Positions 46,801-57,815 of a stretch of 64,000 nucleotides of DNA are shown here, piece by piece (the first letter of the stretch is position 1; each line of letters opens with the position of its first letter). The translations under genes were made by a program, and so were the position numbers. The notes beneath the pieces were generated by a model. That model was not told the DNA's origin. It ran no database searches and saw nothing but the letters and a program-made list of their open reading frames with translations. This stretch comes from Phoronis australis (Eukaryota; Animalia; Phoronida): the NCBI GenBank assembly GCA_002633005.1, contig NMRA01000053.1, positions 770,711-834,710 of the forward strand. Direction: 5' to 3'.

Positions 46801-49800
46801 GCTCTCAAAATGCAGAACTCATGTGACAATTACCAGAACGTAATAACGTACAGACTTAGACAAACAATTACCAGCAAAACAAGTGACCATTGCCACAGTC
46901 GACGGCCCTAGAAGTGTCTTCTACATGCTCCTTGCGTGCCCGTGGGGAGAGAGCTCCTGCATCTTCATCCTCAGGTAGTTTAACTGCCCTACCACAGCCA
47001 GGGAAGGGACACCATTTGATGTTGGGGTTACCCTCCACAAATGCCTGAAACATACAGATGCAATATTAAATCAACGTTAGATTGTATGTGTTGTACATGG
47101 GTGATGTTATTAAGCATGGTTGCAGTACTGAGCAACTATTTTAATACGGTCGAAAACATATTTATACAATATAGGGTTGATTTAACACATTTCTTCGCCA
47201 ATTCTATTGTCTTTCCTGAGCAATAACTGTGTTACATCACCATACAATATTCTTTTGTGTTAATGCATAAACACACGATTATTAAATGGCTATATCTAGA
47301 TTTACGTGCACATGGTATAAAGTCACAATGTAGCAACAATTGTTCGTCATTACAATTACTAGTTCCAACAGCAACAAAAGATGATGGTGCAGACAAACTG
47401 TCCACTATTCTAAGATGGCTACAAATGGCGTCGTCTTTATCAGGAGTTACATCTGGTAAACAATACTTCCTGTCACCATAGCCAGTCTTTAAGGTATGTT
47501 CACTGGCTTACCAATCAATGGTTCTTATACTAAGTGAGTACAGAAATGACAACTCTGGCTGGAAAATTCAACTAAGTAAGGTGATCATATAAGGAAATCA
47601 ACTTAATGACACAAACCACCTAAAAATATTTCATGTGGAATTACCTCAATTCTCCTTTAGAAAAAAAAATGGATTTCACTATTGATTCACCGCTGATTCT
47701 AATAAGTCGACACATGCACTGATTGAAAAAGAATCAATCAACAGTGTCAGTCAAGACTTAAGCCCCACCCACCTTAATGTCAAACTGCAGGTACCTCCTG
47801 GCCATATCTCGCGAGACGAGGTTATCCAGTACCTCGACAGGGACAAGCTTACTACAGCCAAATGCTGGACATGTGATGTTCTGTATGTCACCTTCTTGGA
47901 TTTTCACGTTCAAATACCTGTAATCACGTGGATGTGACAGTCACAAAGCACAACTAAACTGTATGGATTATATTTAATAGTTCTTTATCAATTCAAAAGT
48001 TATTACATTACGTGTCAAAAGTAATCAGAAAAAATCCAGCTTCCATGTCATGACTGATCATTCTAGTTGCCTGATGACGACTTCCACTTGCACTCACCCG
48101 TCATAACAGGCAATTCCATGTTACTTACACAAATTACATTTTACGTGTCTTAGTAGTGTTTTCCTTCCTTTGCTTTATGCATTCCTTAGTGTTCATCCAA
48201 ATGCATAATTAATAAAGTTTTGGACTCAAATAAAACGTTGTTACTATTTTTATTTTTATAATCTAAAGAGCAACAAGTTTCACAGAAGTTTGTAATGATT
48301 AGATTTGTAAAGAACAACTTATCATCCGAGACTGTGAACTGTATTCAATGATGAAGTACCTAAAGCATTGTGTAGAAAACCTTACACAAACTTATATCTT
48401 CTATTTAAACAAAAATATGGGGTTTGTGACACAACATGCAAATAAACGCAAGGTAAACTGTGTTGTACCAAATTCACTTGGTAAGTAATATGAGAAAAAT
48501 AGAAAATGTGGCCTTCAATGACCTGACCAAGTTTAATAGAGACAATGTTTTTATTGAAGACAATCATTTAGAATAGCGACGCATGGCTGAAAATTATGAA
48601 CAGAATATTACACCATCTGCCAAAAAGTTCCTGCAATTAAAAATCTTGCACAGCCTTTACATACCAAGACTGAAGCACCACTCACCCTTCCCAGCAGTTC
48701 TTACAGAACTGGTGTTCACACAGTATGGTGACGAGGTCCTCTTCATCCGGAATGTGGTGAGCACATATGTTGCACTTTGAATGAACAGGGTCCATGTGAA
48801 CAAGTGTTGAAAACAATGCAAGCACTGGTGATGGATAACACAAGATCTTTCCAGAGTTTCATATTTCTACATACACTTTGCATTAAATTACACATTCATA
48901 AAATGTATTCACAGGCGTGTATTTAATACCTGATAACACTGTTAAAATTGAAGTGTATTCATTACAAAATGCAACAAAAATCCCCACAGAAGCAATCCAG
49001 TCTGCTTAATAATATAATATAATATATAGCTTTAAGTGACAAGATCTGGTGTAATGGAAAATTCAAATTGAGCAAACTTTTTAATGATACAAAGAAATGA
49101 ATCACGATTTTTGATCTGGGTACAAAAAATTACCGTAGTCCTATGCCCCTGCATTTTCTAATGGTAATTGCGAAAAAAATTTAACACGTGTCCACAGAAA
49201 AGCTATGGTAAGATTACATGCTTTTGTCAAAGCTTATATTTTGATGATTAAACTACGTGTTTGTCAAAAAAATTCAAAAGGTTGGCAAATATGTAAAAAA
49301 ACAAGGATTTGGAAACTCTGGAATCGATCTTTACGGGAACCTAGAGGTAACAAACTACCATGTGAACGAGAGAAAATTGATTTAAAATACAAATTGAAGG
49401 GAGTCGTGTCTTTAATGAACTTAGTCCATGGTTTGGTGCAAAACAATTGATTGCAGGCAGTCTGGTACACATTGCACCAATAGTGTGCAGGCTGCTCAGG
49501 TGGGCGCATTGCACTGATCACCTGGAACCATTTTTATATAGTAGTTAAAACCGAGCCGAGGAACTAGAGACCTGACTCAGAGGTCACGACCTCGAGTAAA
49601 GAAAGCCGGCACTTATCCCACACTGCCTCCTCCTTATGGTGAAAACAGAAACATCAATAAACACGTCTATTAACATATAATTCTTCCTACCACTATACTA
49701 CTGCCGCTGGTCGACGAGCTTCGACAAATTGGTGACTTTAATTCAAGGTCTGGCAGCCCAGTGGGGTTGACTATGTTGCTAGGGGGGACAACTCCACATT

Positions 49801-52800
49801 TCTCACAGCACGCCTTGGCGTCAGCCATCCATGCTTCAAGCAGAGTTTCCCGGGACCATTCTGGAAATAGACGAGTTTCAAAAACCTCTATGAGCAGGCA
49901 TGAAAAATGAAAGTTAGCTGTTTGAAACAATTAACATGAAAACACAAACCATACCACCAGGCAATGTGCCCTGAACAAGCATATGTGTCTACTTTTTAAT
50001 AAAAACAAATTAAGCATACTTGGTTTTTGCCAGTGTTTTTATGAAAATGGGAGACGGTGGCGTGGTATCTTTTTAATTTCACTTTTTGAAAAAGAAAATC
50101 CAACCGAGATGACAAAAATGTGGGATTTGTTTCACTCATCACTTGGCAAATCATGGTGTTTCAAACCTTGCTTGTCATTGGTTATGAGGATTTGTGCAGC
50201 TTTTCAAAAAAAACACAAGACCTTGGATAACATTGATGTGGGCAGGCTTTTTTCCTTTAGTCGATGAGTGTAGAACTGACAATCAAATATCAGTGATATG
50301 TGACAATCAAGAAAGTACTATCACCCAGCTATTCACACACTCAATCATACAAAAAAACTTTAGACTCTGTAGTGACTTGTCAACAAATTGGGTATTTATA
50401 ACACTCCGTAAGCAGGTTGGGTATTTATGACTAGTCTCAGCAACAGTCTATGAAAAACAAACGATCACAAAGAAATTTACTAATTACAAAAAGTGTTGTT
50501 TGTATAGAGCATGTATCCAAAGTTTACAAATTCAAAAGGCTTAATGTATAGTATGCCAGTCACCATGGTTTCTGAGCAGTGCCTCCGCAGTGAAGAGAGG
50601 AACTCTTAACATGTCTGAAGTCTCCACCAACAGCTGGTCCTTAGCTTCTTGCAAATCTTGAGCCCTAAGCCCACTGTATGCCTGAAATACAATAAAGTGT
50701 TGCCACATTCTCAAAAAAGAAAACAAATGGAGTCATTTTACTTTTGTTAAAGTACCTATTAAACAACACAAACCTATTTCATCGTTGTTATCTAGTCCGT
50801 TGTCATGTGAACACGTAGGAGATGTTTGATATGTTGTCATAGTAACAACTCCCGCATCAAATGAAAGATCAGCCTTCTTTTTGTATGGCTAAACTTCATT
50901 GTAACTTGTACTTTGGGTCTGTATACCCATGGTGATCACGTGATTGGCCAGAGCATTAGCATTTTGCCATATGATTGGCCAGAATATTAGCATATTGCAC
51001 ATAAATGTTATGTTAAAACTTGCAAGCCAGCAGATAGGACACCTTTGTGACCATTCATGGATTAGGAATGGCAATCCCCTTGATCACACATCCTATATGC
51101 CTTCTCATAGCAAACTGCACATGAGAGCGTAGTACTACCTTAGACCAGGCATACGACCTTCATTTGCAATAACATATATGTATGGACACATTGAGGAACT
51201 TCTTTTATAGAAGAACAAACATATTTAGTAAAGCAGCAAGCTTTGGTCCAAGAACTAATAGAAAGTACCACATGCTTTATCCACAAAAACACTGTGAACA
51301 CTCTACAATTACAGTGCCACCGGCCTTGCCTTGAATGCTGGTGATGAATACGCATGCCCTCAGTCATGGCAACCATTTATTGAATTTAATCAATTATGCT
51401 ACTGGTACTGGTGGTAATTATGACACACCTTTCGTCAAGTCATTGGTGAATGCTTTATTTAAATCATTATGTTGTGTCCACTGTATGCAGTTTTAATGAA
51501 GCAAGTGACAGGGATTTTCAAAATTTTGCAGCTGGTTTTGTCCTACTAGCCATAGGTGTTTGCTTTTTGTAATTCATTTGATATGCAAATCTGTGATGTA
51601 GTAATCAAAATACCTGATTACCATGGTAACAATACCCAATTCAGCTTAGCAACACTCCAAAATTTCAACAAAGAGTTACACCAAGCACTCAGGACAGGGT
51701 TACCTGCTTCTAACATGACTCGTCCCTCAGACACTTGGTGACCACGAAAACGGAGCACATTTCAGCTTGGCAAGCCCCTCAAGTTTCAAGGGAGGGTCAC
51801 TACTTGAGCATGGTTGTGAGTACCTCCTTACTTACCTCCATGTTTTCAATGACAAGTAGTTCCACATCCTCACTACAGTCACCTCCACTGTTCTGTAAAA
51901 CATCAACTTACTTATTGGTAATTTTCATTTACACGCACAGTGGTCAGTGTTAAACAAATGACTACTAAAGCAAATACAGTGTATTTTTTAAGTGGGAAAT
52001 TTTCTATTATTTAAATCAAAATAATTGCTGAAACTGATACCCACACTGCCATAGATAATCAAAATTTTAATATCTATCTGCTTGATGACAACTGCCTACT
52101 ACAAAATGCACCTCATAAATGAAGTAGAATTTTTAGATAACAAAATATATTTTCAGGAATTCAATGGCAAATTTCCCTATCCAACAGACACTACTTATTA
52201 CTCTTAAACATAAATGAAGAATAAATTTTTCATTTCCTAAAATCAGGGCTTGGAATGACCAATGACAAAAAACGCGGAAACTTTTACGGCCCAAATCATG
52301 CGCGCTACCCAGCCTTGAAATGGTCAATGTGAACCTTTCCCCGACAAAAATCGGGAGGACTAAAAAAAAAAAAACAAAAAAAAAACACGTTACCACCATC
52401 ACTAGCATGTGTCTGCATCCTTTTGGCTCGTCCTTCCACTCCCAACCCACACATTTTTGGCTGCAGAGCCGTAGTATTTGTCGCCGCGGTTTACAATAAC
52501 ACGAGACGCCATTGAAAATACCACCACGCTTACCCAGACGCCCCAGCAATGTTGACAATTTACGTTCCTCCGAAACATAAAGAGCAACTTCCGTTTTTCG
52601 AGGTGAACATTGTCTGCAACGCCGCGGTAAGAAAGGAATTTGCCACGGAAATTTTATATCAAATCCGATTTTTTTACGCGGAAATATAATAAAATGCGCG
52701 GACAGAACATTTGAAAAAAGCGGAAATCCGTGTTTCCGCGGAAAATTTCAAGCCTGTAAAATAAAAACAATTACAAAAAACTATACCATGGGTTCAAATC

Positions 52801-55624
52801 AATGCAAAATCTGAAACACATGCAAAACTATCTCCTGAATAACTGCTACAGGCCTCACACTTAGCAAACTGTGAACTTTCCAAATGTGACCTGGCAAAAT
52901 TCCCTGGGTACCAAATGGGAAATAAATTCGCCAAAACAAGGAAATCCGTATAGAGGGGTGCAAAAGTCCTGGGTTTCACAAACGACACTGAATTGGCAAC
53001 AGTCAAAAATGAACGAGGCGACTGGACACTCAAAAATGCAGAATGGACAGAATATCGGAAGTGGAACATTCATCCAGGACCAAGTTCCCCCTCGGGCCAA
53101 ATATACCATCCAGGCTCGACTTTTACAGAGAATACAGATCATGAGAACAGTCACATTTCTATGCATGTGTCATGTATAGGATCTTCCAATCTTTACTCTT
53201 CTTACTCATGTATTCCCTGTAGTATTTTGACTCTGAACTCGGATGTGTGCACAGTTGTGAACCAAAGGCAAATACATTTGAGCGAAAATGTTATTAATTT
53301 TTAAAAATAACTTTGTAGCCAACACAAATATTGTACCAAAGTATTAGTGAATTCTTATTTGTCTGACTTCTTCCGACTTGGTTGAAACTCGCAAAAATCC
53401 ATTGACTTTGTGGTGGTTTGGTATTTTTTCCATGTCACCATGGCAAATAAAATCTGAGGTCGCATTGACCAGCTGCAGGCAGCTAAATCGAGCCCGTGTT
53501 AGTTAAAACACATACCGAAAACACCATCTTGGACTCGAGGTAGAGAGCGATGTCTGAATGTTGGGCTTTCTCTGCAGAATCACACGGTGTCTCTTTATTA
53601 TCATTCTCAACAAACAGTGGGGAGCCTTGGTTGACCAGCAGCTGAAAGGAGGAAGGGGAGACAACTGCGATATTATCATCTTGTAATTTAATTTGTGACA
53701 TAACGAATACATGTCATGAAACTAGAATGTGTATTACAAGGGTTAAACACAATCCTAACTTCAAATGAGGAGAAGCGAGGAGGGAGAGAACTCCTACAGT
53801 TTGCAACATGTTATGTAATATATTGTTAAATCAGAGTTAAATTGAGTACTTTGACAACAATTAAATACATCAAACTGAAGGCTTTGCTGCTGGATAAGAA
53901 CATGGCATCAACAGAGTGACATGTATAGGAACAAGGTCATTGTAGACACTGCACTAAGTCAGTATATAGCAAGATTGTTTGGGCCTGATTTAATTGATCA
54001 GAAGCTAGTTGTTAACTTCTACATTTCAAGCTATGGACTAGAAGCCATTAGAGTGCATCAGACATCTCCAACAATGCATTATAATTGCTCGTTTTATAGC
54101 AGGATTCCTACCTCAACACATTTTCTCAGTCCTGAGTCAGCAGCATAATGTAAAGGAATGTTGTGTTTCTGAAACAGATAGACACACAGTGACTTAATTG
54201 ACAATGTGTTACAATAGACTTCATCACTGAGGACACAAGCCCACCTCTCATGCACAAAATTAGTGATCCTCGTTTATTTATGTCACACTTAAAAATCTGC
54301 CCTTAAATATAACACCAAGTAATTAAAGTAACATTTCTTGCGTAACAGTTACAAGTTTAGTGTTTATTGAACTTAGCAAATTATCAGAGTGGAGCTCTTA
54401 AGAAATTGAAGGAAACAAAATTTACGTTGCGTAACTGTTCATGTCGGGCTCAAACCCCAATCTTTATGACATATTAGTCTGGTTAGTCATTCAAGGTTCG
54501 TCATCTTATTAGCATTTCAGAAGCATTCTTCTAAAGCAGAGTGGCATAATTAAATTTAGTGTCAAAGTGACGTTATTTCCCGAAGATCAGCCATTGTAAA
54601 TCAAGGACAACACAAATCTATTGAATTGCTTCTGAGACTAGATTCGCCGCAGTAAATTTGACTATAGTAATTTTCCACTTATTTCCCATAATGCTAATTG
54701 CCTAAATAGTCATTTTTCATTTTTCAAAAACTATCTTGCTGTAATTAATGAGAACTTTACCAACCATTTACTTATGACATGTAAATGATACAAACTAAGT
54801 TAACAATAGATAAAAGTTTCTTAATCTTTGTTTTTGTGTGAATTTGTGGCAAAATAAAATTCCCCTACTCTGCCATTATTGCCAGCCAAGTATGTAACTA
54901 CACAGAATTCCCAAACTCTAGTTTAACTTGACCTATATTTCAATGATAACTTAATAACACATTCAGTAAAGCTCTAAACAGTACATTCAATAATTCACAC
55001 CAATCAAAAACTTGTTAAAGTTTCATTGCCAAGTAAAACTCCCCAGAGTTCAAAGTACAAACCACCCCATTCTGAAACAGTCAACAGCCATGTTGCTTTC
55101 AGCCCATACACAACAAATAGCCCATTGCATTCTAAAGATTGGGTCACCTCATTCCAAATCCAGAACTCGTTTTTAATCTCAATATCCTTCAAGTTGTTGT
55201 TATATCAGTCACTCCTCTATCTAAAAGGCTAATAGCCACATACAGGGGTCTTGTCATTTGAGAACCAGTTTGATGCCCATAATTCCATTGAGAAAACTGG
55301 TTCTAAAAATGCGGGATCCCAGTAAGTGACAAACAACTCAACTAAGAAACACCTGAATAAAGTCAAGAGATTTTGGGGACTATAAATCATAAGCAACAAA
55401 CAGGAATGTTCCTCACCTGGTCCTGACTACCCAGGTTGACCTTCTCCACCTCTCCATCCTGAAGAGTAGCACCACGCCACTGCAGAACCAGAGACACACA
55501 CTCGGCACGGCGCTGCCTCACTGGCACCGCGTGTCCATTCTTGGCTCTACAGATAAGGTGAAGAACAGTCTCATCTGCACTGTTTGTCTTGTTTGGGTTA
55601 CCATTAAGACTGAAGAGGAAGATT
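33770..55624 (-). CDS. ANKIB1: Ankyrin repeat and IBR domain-containing protein 1 (RBR E3 ubiquitin ligase); 21 coding exons in the window (~1220 aa), first coding exon missing
   Basis: Ankyrin repeats ([19 protein letters not shown]), [22 protein letters not shown]1 (CNIC...[10 protein letters not shown]), IBR ([19 protein letters not shown]), RING2 with catalytic Cys (KNEGCNHM), Ariadne domain ([17 protein letters not shown]), UIM-like motifs. Phases consistent. Confidence 0.96.
35617..35771 (-). CDS. ANKIB1: ANKIB1 exon (UIM)
   Basis: HSTSAPWKP...[19 protein letters not shown]. Confidence 0.88.
36348..36465 (-). CDS. ANKIB1: ANKIB1 exon (UIM)
   Basis: [38 protein letters not shown]. Confidence 0.85.
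36977..37099 (-). CDS. ANKIB1: ANKIB1 Cys/His-rich exon (copy A)
   Basis: [40 protein letters not shown]; phase 1-1; cag acceptor, gtgaga donor. Confidence 0.75.
37646..37725. other. Assembly gap
   Basis: Run of N. Confidence 1.
37726..37980 (-). mobile_element. End of a young HINE/Helentron-like element (family of 41194-42262)
   Basis: Near-identical to 42044-42262; (GGAC)n microsatellite and terminal hairpin ccacatat-aa-atatgtgg; absent at the equivalent site of the duplicate (36628). Confidence 0.85.
38350..38472 (-). CDS. ANKIB1: ANKIB1 Cys/His-rich exon (copy B)
   Basis: Same peptide as 36977-37099; tag acceptor, gtaaga donor. Confidence 0.75.
39021..39207 (-). CDS. ANKIB1: ANKIB1 exon
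   Basis: [40 protein letters not shown]... Confidence 0.85.
40368..40565 (-). CDS. ANKIB1: ANKIB1 exon (end of Ariadne domain)
   Basis: [27 protein letters not shown]...RFTYEIT. Confidence 0.93.
40570..40635. repeat. Short tandem repeat (~19 bp) abutting the splice acceptor
   Basis: aagatgaccacatgaggat about 3 times. Confidence 0.8.
40765..40901 (-). CDS. ANKIB1: ANKIB1 exon
   Basis: [32 protein letters not shown]...FESMQ. Confidence 0.93.
41039..42354 (+). mobile_element. Old CAGG...-type MITE (family of 52244-52756) interrupted by the HINE
   Basis: Start caggcttggaatgaccaatga; end gaggaaaattacaaagctg resembles gcggaaaatttcaagcctg. Confidence 0.6.
41194..42262 (-). mobile_element. Full-length non-autonomous Helentron-associated (HINE/DINE-1-like) element
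   Basis: SubTIR ATGCGCCCACA (41219) / TGTGGGCGCAT (~42248); hairpin caacgc-aga-gcgttg next to AACAAG at one end and a 14-bp hairpin at the other; (GGAC)n; ~150-bp core repeats; A-rich target without TSD. Confidence 0.85.
43161..43239 (-). CDS. ANKIB1: ANKIB1 exon
   Basis: [26 protein letters not shown]. Confidence 0.9.
43571..43657 (-). CDS. ANKIB1: ANKIB1 exon
   Basis: [29 protein letters not shown]. Confidence 0.93.
44489..44623 (-). CDS. ANKIB1: ANKIB1 exon (RING2 C-half)
   Basis: [31 protein letters not shown]. Confidence 0.95.
45296..45426 (-). CDS. ANKIB1: ANKIB1 exon (RING2, catalytic Cys at 45317-45319)
   Basis: [34 protein letters not shown]. Confidence 0.96.
46164..46252 (-). 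CDS. ANKIB1: ANKIB1 exon (IBR end)
   Basis: [29 protein letters not shown]. Confidence 0.93.
46445..46549 (+). mobile_element. 105-bp 5'-truncated non-LTR retro-insertion
   Basis: 16-bp TSD attagaaaagttacta (46429-46444 and 46550-46565); AATAAA followed by (ATT)n tail. Confidence 0.85.
46872..47044 (-). CDS. ANKIB1: ANKIB1 exon (IBR)
   Basis: [21 protein letters not shown]...[11 protein letters not shown]. Confidence 0.95.
47773..47917 (-). CDS. ANKIB1: ANKIB1 exon (RING1 end)
   Basis: [28 protein letters not shown]...RYLQFDIK. Confidence 0.95.
48686..48774 (-). CDS. ANKIB1: ANKIB1 exon (RING1)
   Basis: [29 protein letters not shown]. Confidence 0.92.
49691..49860 (-). CDS. ANKIB1: ANKIB1 exon
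   Basis: [23 protein letters not shown]... Confidence 0.92.
50564..50681 (-). CDS. ANKIB1: ANKIB1 exon
   Basis: [39 protein letters not shown]. Confidence 0.95.
51836..51892 (-). CDS. ANKIB1: ANKIB1 exon
   Basis: [19 protein letters not shown]; phase 0-0, fills the linker. Confidence 0.8.
52244..52756 (+). mobile_element. 513-bp non-autonomous DNA transposon (CAGG...CCTG termini)
   Basis: TIRs cagggcttggaat / atttcaagcctg; flanked by a direct repeat taaaat; CpG-rich, so probably young. Confidence 0.8.
53516..53641 (-). CDS. ANKIB1: ANKIB1 exon (ankyrin)
   Basis: [42 protein letters not shown]. Confidence 0.95.
54112..54168 (-). CDS. ANKIB1: ANKIB1 exon (ankyrin)
   Basis: [19 protein letters not shown]. 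Confidence 0.93.
55417..55624 (-). CDS. ANKIB1: ANKIB1 exon (second coding exon, ankyrin)
   Basis: [25 protein letters not shown]...[24 protein letters not shown]. Confidence 0.93.
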
Positions 55625-56164
55625 CTGAAAAATACAGGAAATCAAACACATTCACGTCGGTGCTCCATTCGACCATAGACACGGAGCCATTACAGAGTAC
55701 TATCGTTCAATCATAATTCCAACAGTGAAATTTCACCACGTTTGAACATCAATAAATAATAGAATTGACCTTTTTCATTGTCAAAAAATAAAATACTAGA
55801 AGCTATACTTATGACAATTTTCAAAAGACTGTCTGATGGTAGAAACAGTACAACATTTGAAAATGGTAACGCATTGCTTTGGCTTTAGTTATTGATGGTA
55901 AAAAAAGAAAATAAGATTTCACTTGTCCACCATGCTGTTCCCTAAGATGAAGCGGTTATACCCTACATACTCTGGTTCATCAAACAAAGGAGCATTCCAT
56001 CTTTCTGATTGGATGGTGGCTATGTGTGGCCCTAGCAACAATGACTGAACAAATCAATATATTCAACTCAAGATTATATCATTATGTTCCAGAATCATAC
56101 AAAACTTCAGTTGAAGTGACAGAGGACATTCAGAAGAACATTCTTATAATCAGATGCTTATGAC

Positions 56165-57815
56165 AGACAAGGACATACCCACTGAGACTAACAATCCAGA
56201 CCAGGACATACCGTATTCGCCCTAATAAGAGCCTAGGGCGCTTAGAAAAATTCGTTTCAGGAAGGGGGGCGCTTATTATAGCCCAAAAATGGTTGAAACC
56301 TGGTATCCGAGACAGATGAAATCGTAAGCTAGAATTCATAAAATTTACGCTCTGTGACGCATCTGTAACCTATGACAGAGTTTCTACAAAATTGCAGTGC
56401 ATTGCTATCAAACTTAATTGTTAAATTACAAGCACTTTTCAGAAAATCCCAGTGCGAAAATTCGCGAACTGATAAGTCGCTGCCTCGCGATCGCCGAAAG
56501 GTTAACTTGAATACTTGATTAAAAATATAGTTTTGACTCAACAAATTACCTGACGTCCTCCTTAAGTTTTCAAAATAGCGTCCCTAAGATTTTTAAGTTC
56601 CTGTGGAGTCAGGATTAACTGCATATTAAGTCCAAATCTGCGCTAGATCGTACTCCGCTACACGAGAAAAATCTCTGGACGAACACACGTGCTGTAGTCA
56701 CGAGATGTTTGTTTTGAAGTTCGTCTGTGAATTGTGTGAGTGAGCGAGCGCGTGCATGTCATCAGAGTTCATTTGCCAGAGTTAACGCAATGAAACGATC
56801 AAGGTGTCCATTGTAACTAAGGAAATTAACTCAATCAGTAAAGCAGAACGTGTTTTATTTAGCACTTGTTGATCTCATCTGCTAAAAACTGTTCGAGAAA
56901 TGTCTCGGTAAGACTGATGTCATTGAGGCACAGGGTGACTGGATGCGTGGCAGTCTAACAATTATTTTTCGGGGGGTGTAAGGGTGCAGAAGTGTTCACT
57001 ATCAGTGGGTCATTTGACTTTAAAAACACCAATTATGACTAATTTAATAATTCCCCCTTAAAAAAATGCAAACGTTTTATATGGTATTAGAAACTTTCAG
57101 AAATAAGTGCCAATATTTATTTCTTGCCGATACAATGCTACCCATTTCATGAATAGATAGTTCCCGAAGACTAATCTTTGATGACAGGTACTTGAATGTA
57201 GCGCGCGCTTCCTGACCACGTGCTTTTAACTGAACAAAGGCCAAGTTTTTATTACCCTTCGATTCGCGGATTTCACGTGTACAAAGAAATTTGGATTCAT
57301 GTAAAAGGAGTAGATCTGTACAATATAATCCCTTTGACCAGACCATAATAGGACACGTCCCTCACAAGATCACCAAAACTTGTGTTGTTTTTGAATCAAG
57401 GTGGATGTTTGAAGTGTATAGTCACGGCTAAATACACACATAGCGGTGAGGCTCGTGGTCTACAAATTCCGCGCGCAATGATTTTTTTAGGACTAGCGGA
57501 TCTTATTGATAAATTGAAGACGTAACTGTAGAATTTTAGAACTGTAGGTAAGGCATCTTTCGCATTTACATGGCGTTCATGGACTGGGCATTTATTTTAG
57601 CAAAGTCTGAAAATGCTTGGGGGCGCTCATAGGGGCATGGGTGCTTATTAGGGCAAATATGATACCCACTGAGGTAAACACACCAGACCAGGACATGCCC
57701 ACTAAGGTTAACACACCAGACCAGGACAAACCGTCTGAGACCAACACTCCAGACCTGGACATACCCACTGAGACTAACACTCCCCCGACATAACCACCGA
57801 GATTAACACTCCAGT
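56165..57815. repeat. 33-bp minisatellite split by a transposon (parts 56165-56210 and 57663-57815)
   Basis: Unit ccagaccaggacatacccactgagactaacact continues in register on both sides of the insertion. Confidence 0.9.
56211..57662 (+). mobile_element. Complete 1452-bp non-autonomous Tc1/mariner(pogo)-like element with TA TSD
   Basis: TA|ccgtattcgccctaataag ... cttattagggcaaatatga|TA; no transposase ORF. Confidence 0.9.
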
